Below, in pieces: positions 58,382-64,000 of a DNA stretch of 64,000 bases. The notes under the pieces were generated by a model. The model was not told the DNA's origin. It made no database searches and worked only from the letters and a program-made list of their open reading frames with translations. Location: the NCBI GenBank assembly GCA_965113315.1, contig OZ220368.1; one strand, 5' to 3'. The position numbers and the translations under genes were made by a program. Each line of letters begins with the position of its first letter. The first letter of the stretch is position 1. Origin of the DNA: Podarcis vaucheri (Eukaryota).

Positions 58382-61300
58382 TTTTTTCTAGCTGAGGAGA
58401 AAGGAACATGTGATCTTCCAGACAGTGCTGGGCTACAGTTCCCATCACTCCTTGACTATGTTTGCAGCAACTGATGGAAGCTGGGGTCCAGCAAAATCCA
58501 GAGGGCCACAGATTCCCCACACATTCTCTAGCTAATGAGGCATTTACCAGCAATTCTCTCAGTGCCAGAGTACTTACCTCCATATTATGAGAGATCAACA
58601 GAATTCTGGGAATCTTCCTGCTCTGCATGCAATGAACTATTAGAATGCAAGTTCCAGAACTCCTTCCTCCTCAGGAAGCCATTGGCTCCTTCATTGCCTG
58701 GGACACAGCCAAACTCTGGCCTTGTTTGTGTTGCTCCCTAGTCTTGATCAAGGAGTTCCTTCCTTGTTTCTGCTTTCCTGCATCTTTATTCCACCAGCTC
58801 CTGGCTGGCACTATTCTTCTGGACACGCCGGTCTAGGAATCTGCCCCAGAAATCAACTGTCTCCTATCCCACCAATCCTACTAGGGCTTGTAACTTGGGC
58901 AACCTATGTGACCGGCTGCCTACAGCAGTGTTTACACCAAGGCAGGTGTTGGTGAGTGGGCTGTGTATGAGCATGATACAAATGTGGAATCTGTTTTGTG
59001 CAATACCAGAAGCAGGACTGACCCTAACATTGAGATGAGGGAAGTTGTTGCCTCAGAAAGCAGGTGCTGGGACACAAGGAATGGTGAAGATGATAGGCAG
59101 CACTGGGTGTGCCACTTAGCCCACTCTGTGCCCCCTAAGGTAAAGAGCCCTGTTCTCAGACACAGTGGATGATGCTATCCAATTTACACTGCTGAAGTAA
59201 AATTCAACTGCAAGTCCAGTTAGATTCTGTATGTATCTTGTCCTATACTTGAGGTGGCAAAATATCTTGGGCTGGCCCTGACCATAAATCCACATTTAGA
59301 TAACTGTGTCCAGTTGGGTGCACCCACACCATCTCTGCGCTAAGCTACTTGTATTGCCATGAGAGGCTGGGGAAGCTTAAAGCAGCAGCTGCTGCTTCGT
59401 ATCCTGGGATACCTGCACACCGGCCCATAGCCTGATATAAGAGATTCTGTCTCAGTGAGAATAAAACAAATGAAATCAGCCTGCCAGCTGCAAGGCCAAT
59501 GTTCTCTGGCCAAACCACAGGCATGCTGAGCAGCCTACACAAGCCACACAGACGCAGTTGTGCACAGTGGCCTTCTGTGAAGACATTGTCTCCCATGGGA
59601 GTAAGAGGTCAGCTAAGCTTTTATCTGACTGCACAGCACTCATCCCAACCAGCAGTTTAAGATCCTGGTGCTTTCTTCCTGGCTGTAAACACTGCCCTTG
59701 CCCACTGCAAAATGCAACAGAGTATTTCATATACGCAAGGATTGGTCAGGTTCTTTCGCTAATCAAAGATCTCTCAACCCTGCTTGAGTGAAATACAGTG
59801 AGAAAAATTGCTGAGTCACCATTCAGAATTATAGCTCCAGGATTAGCTTTTTCATCAGAGATGGGGAACCCACAGCCTTCCAGATGTTGCTAGACTACAA
59901 GTTCCATGATCCCTGAACATTAGCAGTGCTGGAGGGAGCAATGGGAGTAAGAGTTCAACAACAGCTGGACACCTACAGATTTTTCACCCTGCCCCTGTTC
60001 TACACAAAGCAGAATGCATTTCCTCTATTTATTATTCTTATAACCCACTCTTCCTTTAGAAAACTCTGAGCAGTTTATACAAGGCTCTCAGTGCACTCAC
60101 TGATCCATACCCACTTAACTTCAACAATGAATGGTTTATGTCAGGAGTGACTAATTCATAATTCAGGAACCTAATCTGAACCCCTCCCCACAAGCACATT
60201 TTTCTGATCCTCTCAAGACCCCACTGAGTTTGGCAGTGGCAGCAATAAGGTGGAAAAAAATAGAGGAGACACAGCACTGGGATGGGTGAAACCCAGCATC
60301 CTGACACAGATGCAAATCACTCCTCCCTCGTCATTAAGACTGATCATTTGAACAGTGGAGATGGAGTAATAATATTGCTCCTGCTCATCTGCCCCAAGCT
60401 ATGTGTAAGTGAAAGTGGCCCCACCCATCATTGGCATGCGGCCCCCGGAAGGGCAGCCCTTGGTCCAAAAATGTTGGCTGCCCTTGCTTTACCTGAAGTT
60501 GTTAATGATCGCCCATCCAGGCACTGAGACGTGGTTCACAACTTTAGCAATTGTATAGCAATGAATGTGCCCACAACATTAAGGTCCAGTAATTTCCCTT
60601 CAATGTAGCATGGATCTTGTAATGCTTTACGTTGACCTTGCATAAGTACGGCATCAGAAGAACCCTCAGCACTTTAAAAGCCAACATTGACTTCCTACCA
60701 TTGCTAATATCGGAGTCATCCCAACTTGCCTTTTCAAGGAACAAAGGTCCCAGTTTCTTTTGGTGATCATCGAATCCAACCAAAAAGAAAAAAGAAAAAG
60801 GCCTTAGCTAAGCTGGTATCAATCCAAGACACCGTCTCAGTGGAACATTTGTTGCCCCATGTGGCTACGGAAAGAGTGAAATCAAATACCAAAGATGACT
60901 GGTTATGGATGAATCAAGGAAGAGAAATGCAGGCTCTGAAGCACGTAATTCACCTCTGCCAGCCCAGGCAAGGACAAGAGCCGAACAGCACTTCCTATGA
61001 TGCGTCTTCAAGTTGCAAGTAGCAAGAATTGCTAAATACTGTAAACAAGAGGCTTGCATCACAGCCATAGTGAAATGACAGTACTGATCACTCATGCCTG
61101 ATGAAAGTGCACCAACGTAGCCAGGGATGCACCAATTACTACATGAGTGCCGACTTGAGACAGCTCTTCCATCCCATCAATCAGTGGGATGTGGGCTGAG
61201 GCAGTCACAGGAACAGAGTTATCTGGGTAAAGGCCAAGTTCTTTTGCAGCAGGTTCCTCTCAGAAATGCAAGGAGGTAATGTTATAGAACTGCATGGAAC

Positions 61301-64000
61301 TGCCTTGTCAAATTTCAACCAAGGTTCATCGTTTGGAAAATGCAGGGTGGTATTCAACTAAGATTTACTAAAATTAATGGACCTAACTTAGTCTGGTTCA
61401 TTAATTTCAGTGGGTCCATGCTGAATAAAATTTAGTTGATACCACTCCCAGACTTCAAAACCTCACAAATGTGTCAGTTCCCCACTTGAAGCCTGATTAA
61501 ACAGATCCATACATAAATACACACACAATGTATCCGTGTTCAAAGTGGAGAAGACTGTCCACCCAAAATAAATATTCGATAGGCTTGGGAACTAAGACCT
61601 GTGAAACAAAGACTCATATGGATTCACACTATTTATATAGGAACCCAACATTTTTCCAGAACAAGGAATTAGGTGAATTAGCCAAGATAAGAGAGAAGAG
61701 GAAGCAGTCAAACGTATTCTCCAGCACTACATACCAAAGTCCAGCCACACTACTATTGTCTTAAAACTTTCTCACACAATCCTTCTTGAAAAAAGTCCAA
61801 TCTTTTGGGGAAGCAGGTTTATTGTGCAAGAGCTCCCAATCAACTTTAATTGCACGACCTAAATTTGCCAGTATGCAATTCAATCCCACCCAAAACAGTA
61901 ACAGTCTGGAAGCTCCTATAGATAGGTACAATACTTTCGGCCAAAAGAAACATACAGTAGGGGTTAAACTAGATGAAATGTTGGAGATCTGATCACAAAT
62001 CTCCTATGTCTTTACATATCTTTTAAAGATAGCCAGAGTGGGGGTGAGGATCTGGACACTGCAGGAGGAGGTTAGCCTTTTCACCCACATTACATTTTCT
62101 AAATGTAAACCAAGCCCCAACCAAGGCTACCATCTGTCCTGTTATGGAGAACACACTGGCATTCATTAACTGTCACTAACAGAAAAAATGACAGCGGTGG
62201 GACAGGGGAAGTATAGAGTGTATAACAACTGCAGATTCTCAGTGAAAGAGTGCAACACTTTCTTTCTCCATCAACCATCTATTTCCAATGATCTGGGGTG
62301 GGATGCACTGCATGCAGTAACATATTGTCTTCCTCCCCTCCCAATTCTTTCAGGAATATTTCTCCTACTGGGCTATGTTGAGTTGTTTCCTCTTCTAGGA
62401 CAACATAAAGGATGGTGGGCAATGCAAAACATCATTGTTAACTTATAAACATCTCTAGGAGCTGCCCTTCCTGAAGGACCCCAACCTGAATGCTCTGGGC
62501 AGTGGAATACCAGGAAACCCAGGAGTCCTAATTTTGCAATGGCTTCCTTCCATTACTGGGGATCAGATGACCCCAGTCACCAAGACCAAAGTTAGAACTT
62601 TAGAGCCAACAAAGATATTGCATGTGGATATATATTACACCCCAATATTATTTTTGATTTTAAAAAAAACAGCTTGGTGAAGAATGATCAGGAAAGGAAA
62701 ACCAACTTTGGCAGGGGGCAGCAACACAAGGATGCTTAATCCTTTCCCTGCCAGCTCATTTTCCCACCACTAGCACTTTTACCCACACACAGCTCTAAAC
62801 ACAAGTTAGACCCTCACCTTCTTCAAGAGACTAATAATTTTCTTGGTGCAACTTGTTTAAGGGAATTCAAAATGTCACTTAGGAATAGCGCCTGGTTAAC
62901 ATGCAGTACTTTCTCTTTTCCTCATTCACACAAAATACATAAGAGTTGAAAAGACTTGATAAATACAGAAGAGGCGAAAATAATCTTGACACTGTACCAG
63001 GGTAATTCACTCACAGGAGCAGTGGCGGGGGGGGGGGGAGAGGCATTGTACTATAAAAGGGAAGCTGTACCTAAACTTTAATTACGCTTTCACCTCTTGG
63101 TGCATGGGGAACAAGCTAAGCATGTTAAGGGTTAATTAATCTATACTAACTAATAGTCTCAAAGAAAACAGGAGCCATTTCAATAGCACTCCAGGCCTTC
63201 ACCATAAGCCAAACCAACAAAAGGCATCAGGAGAGCTCAATGACGCCTCATCCTCGTGGGTGATCCACCAGAGGGAATAAAAGTTTAACTTTATCTAAAA
63301 ATATCGTTCACTGTTTGTAAATAGACAGCCCATAAGAAACACCCTGTTTCACTCATCCCCAGCAAAGGTGTGGGCACAGGAAGAGTGACTCATCTGGGGC
63401 ACTAAGTAGGGAGAGAACTGGTTTCGGCTCTAATCCCAACATTCCTCCCCCAGAATTCATCACCCATCAATTCCCCCTCCCCGTTCAGTCACACACCTGA
63501 CACTCTCTGCCCTTAGACCCACAGCCAGAGACCGCAGTAGATTCAACAGCCACAGAACCTCCCCCATCACATCATGACAGCAGAAAATGCCACAGAACTT
63601 CCCATGCAGGAAAGAGAAAGCAAATCTACAGCTTGACTTTTTCCTGCTGAACTTGTCCTGTGGAAATCAGTGAAGCGTGAGCACTTAACTGTGCTCTTCA
63701 GTTTTCACTGATTTCAAAAGGCAGATTTTAAAGTTTCTGGGCAGCATCCAACATTTTTACCGCAAGGCCCCAGTTCTCTCCCTCTGGGCTCTTGCTTCCT
63801 CCACATTGTCCATCAGCTCACTGCTCTTTGGAAAGTATTCCAAAATTCCACAATGCGCTGTCTGTTGAATCCTTGTTAACTAAATGCAGGCTCCTCACAG
63901 GTGTCAGCAACTTTTAGCAGGGTTTGATGCAACTCCCTGGCAAGGCTCCTAATGCAGGCCTGCAGCAGGGCTTCTCCTAGGTCAAGGAAAAGAAGGGAGG

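Noticed and set aside
46046-64000. AMPD1 exons expected by synteny
   Set aside because: No AMP deaminase-like peptide recognised in the ORF track or by eye

Overview
Eukaryotic (vertebrate) genomic DNA, almost certainly a squamate reptile, probably a lacertid-type lizard, judged from Sauria/Squam-type SINEs and CR1, L2, RTE, Penelope and hAT/Tigger MITE content. Two spliced genes lie in tandem on the minus strand. BCAS2/SPF27 is complete: 7 coding exons, 13781->7307, 678 nt = 225 aa, with a CpG-island promoter at ~13.45-14.03 kb. DENND2C has a complete CDS: 18 coding exons, 45886->19184, 2784 nt = 927 aa; its 3'UTR probably runs to ~16.4 kb and its promoter/5' non-coding exons could not be located. 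All exon boundaries were read by eye as GT-AG, and the phases sum to open frames. Most of the supplied ORF track is noise or TE-derived. I see no convincing new biological system. The most notable unexplained structures are transposon-derived: a 670-bp solo LTR (4-bp TSD, tandem 41-bp U3 repeat) between the genes, a near-perfect 99-bp-arm palindrome abutting the BCAS2 promoter, a decayed DIRS retrotransposon, and sense-oriented L1 3' ends carrying poly(A) signals in DENND2C introns. DENND2C also has a uORF cluster and an apparently shifted start codon. TE family names and comparisons with human proteins are from recall, not database searches.
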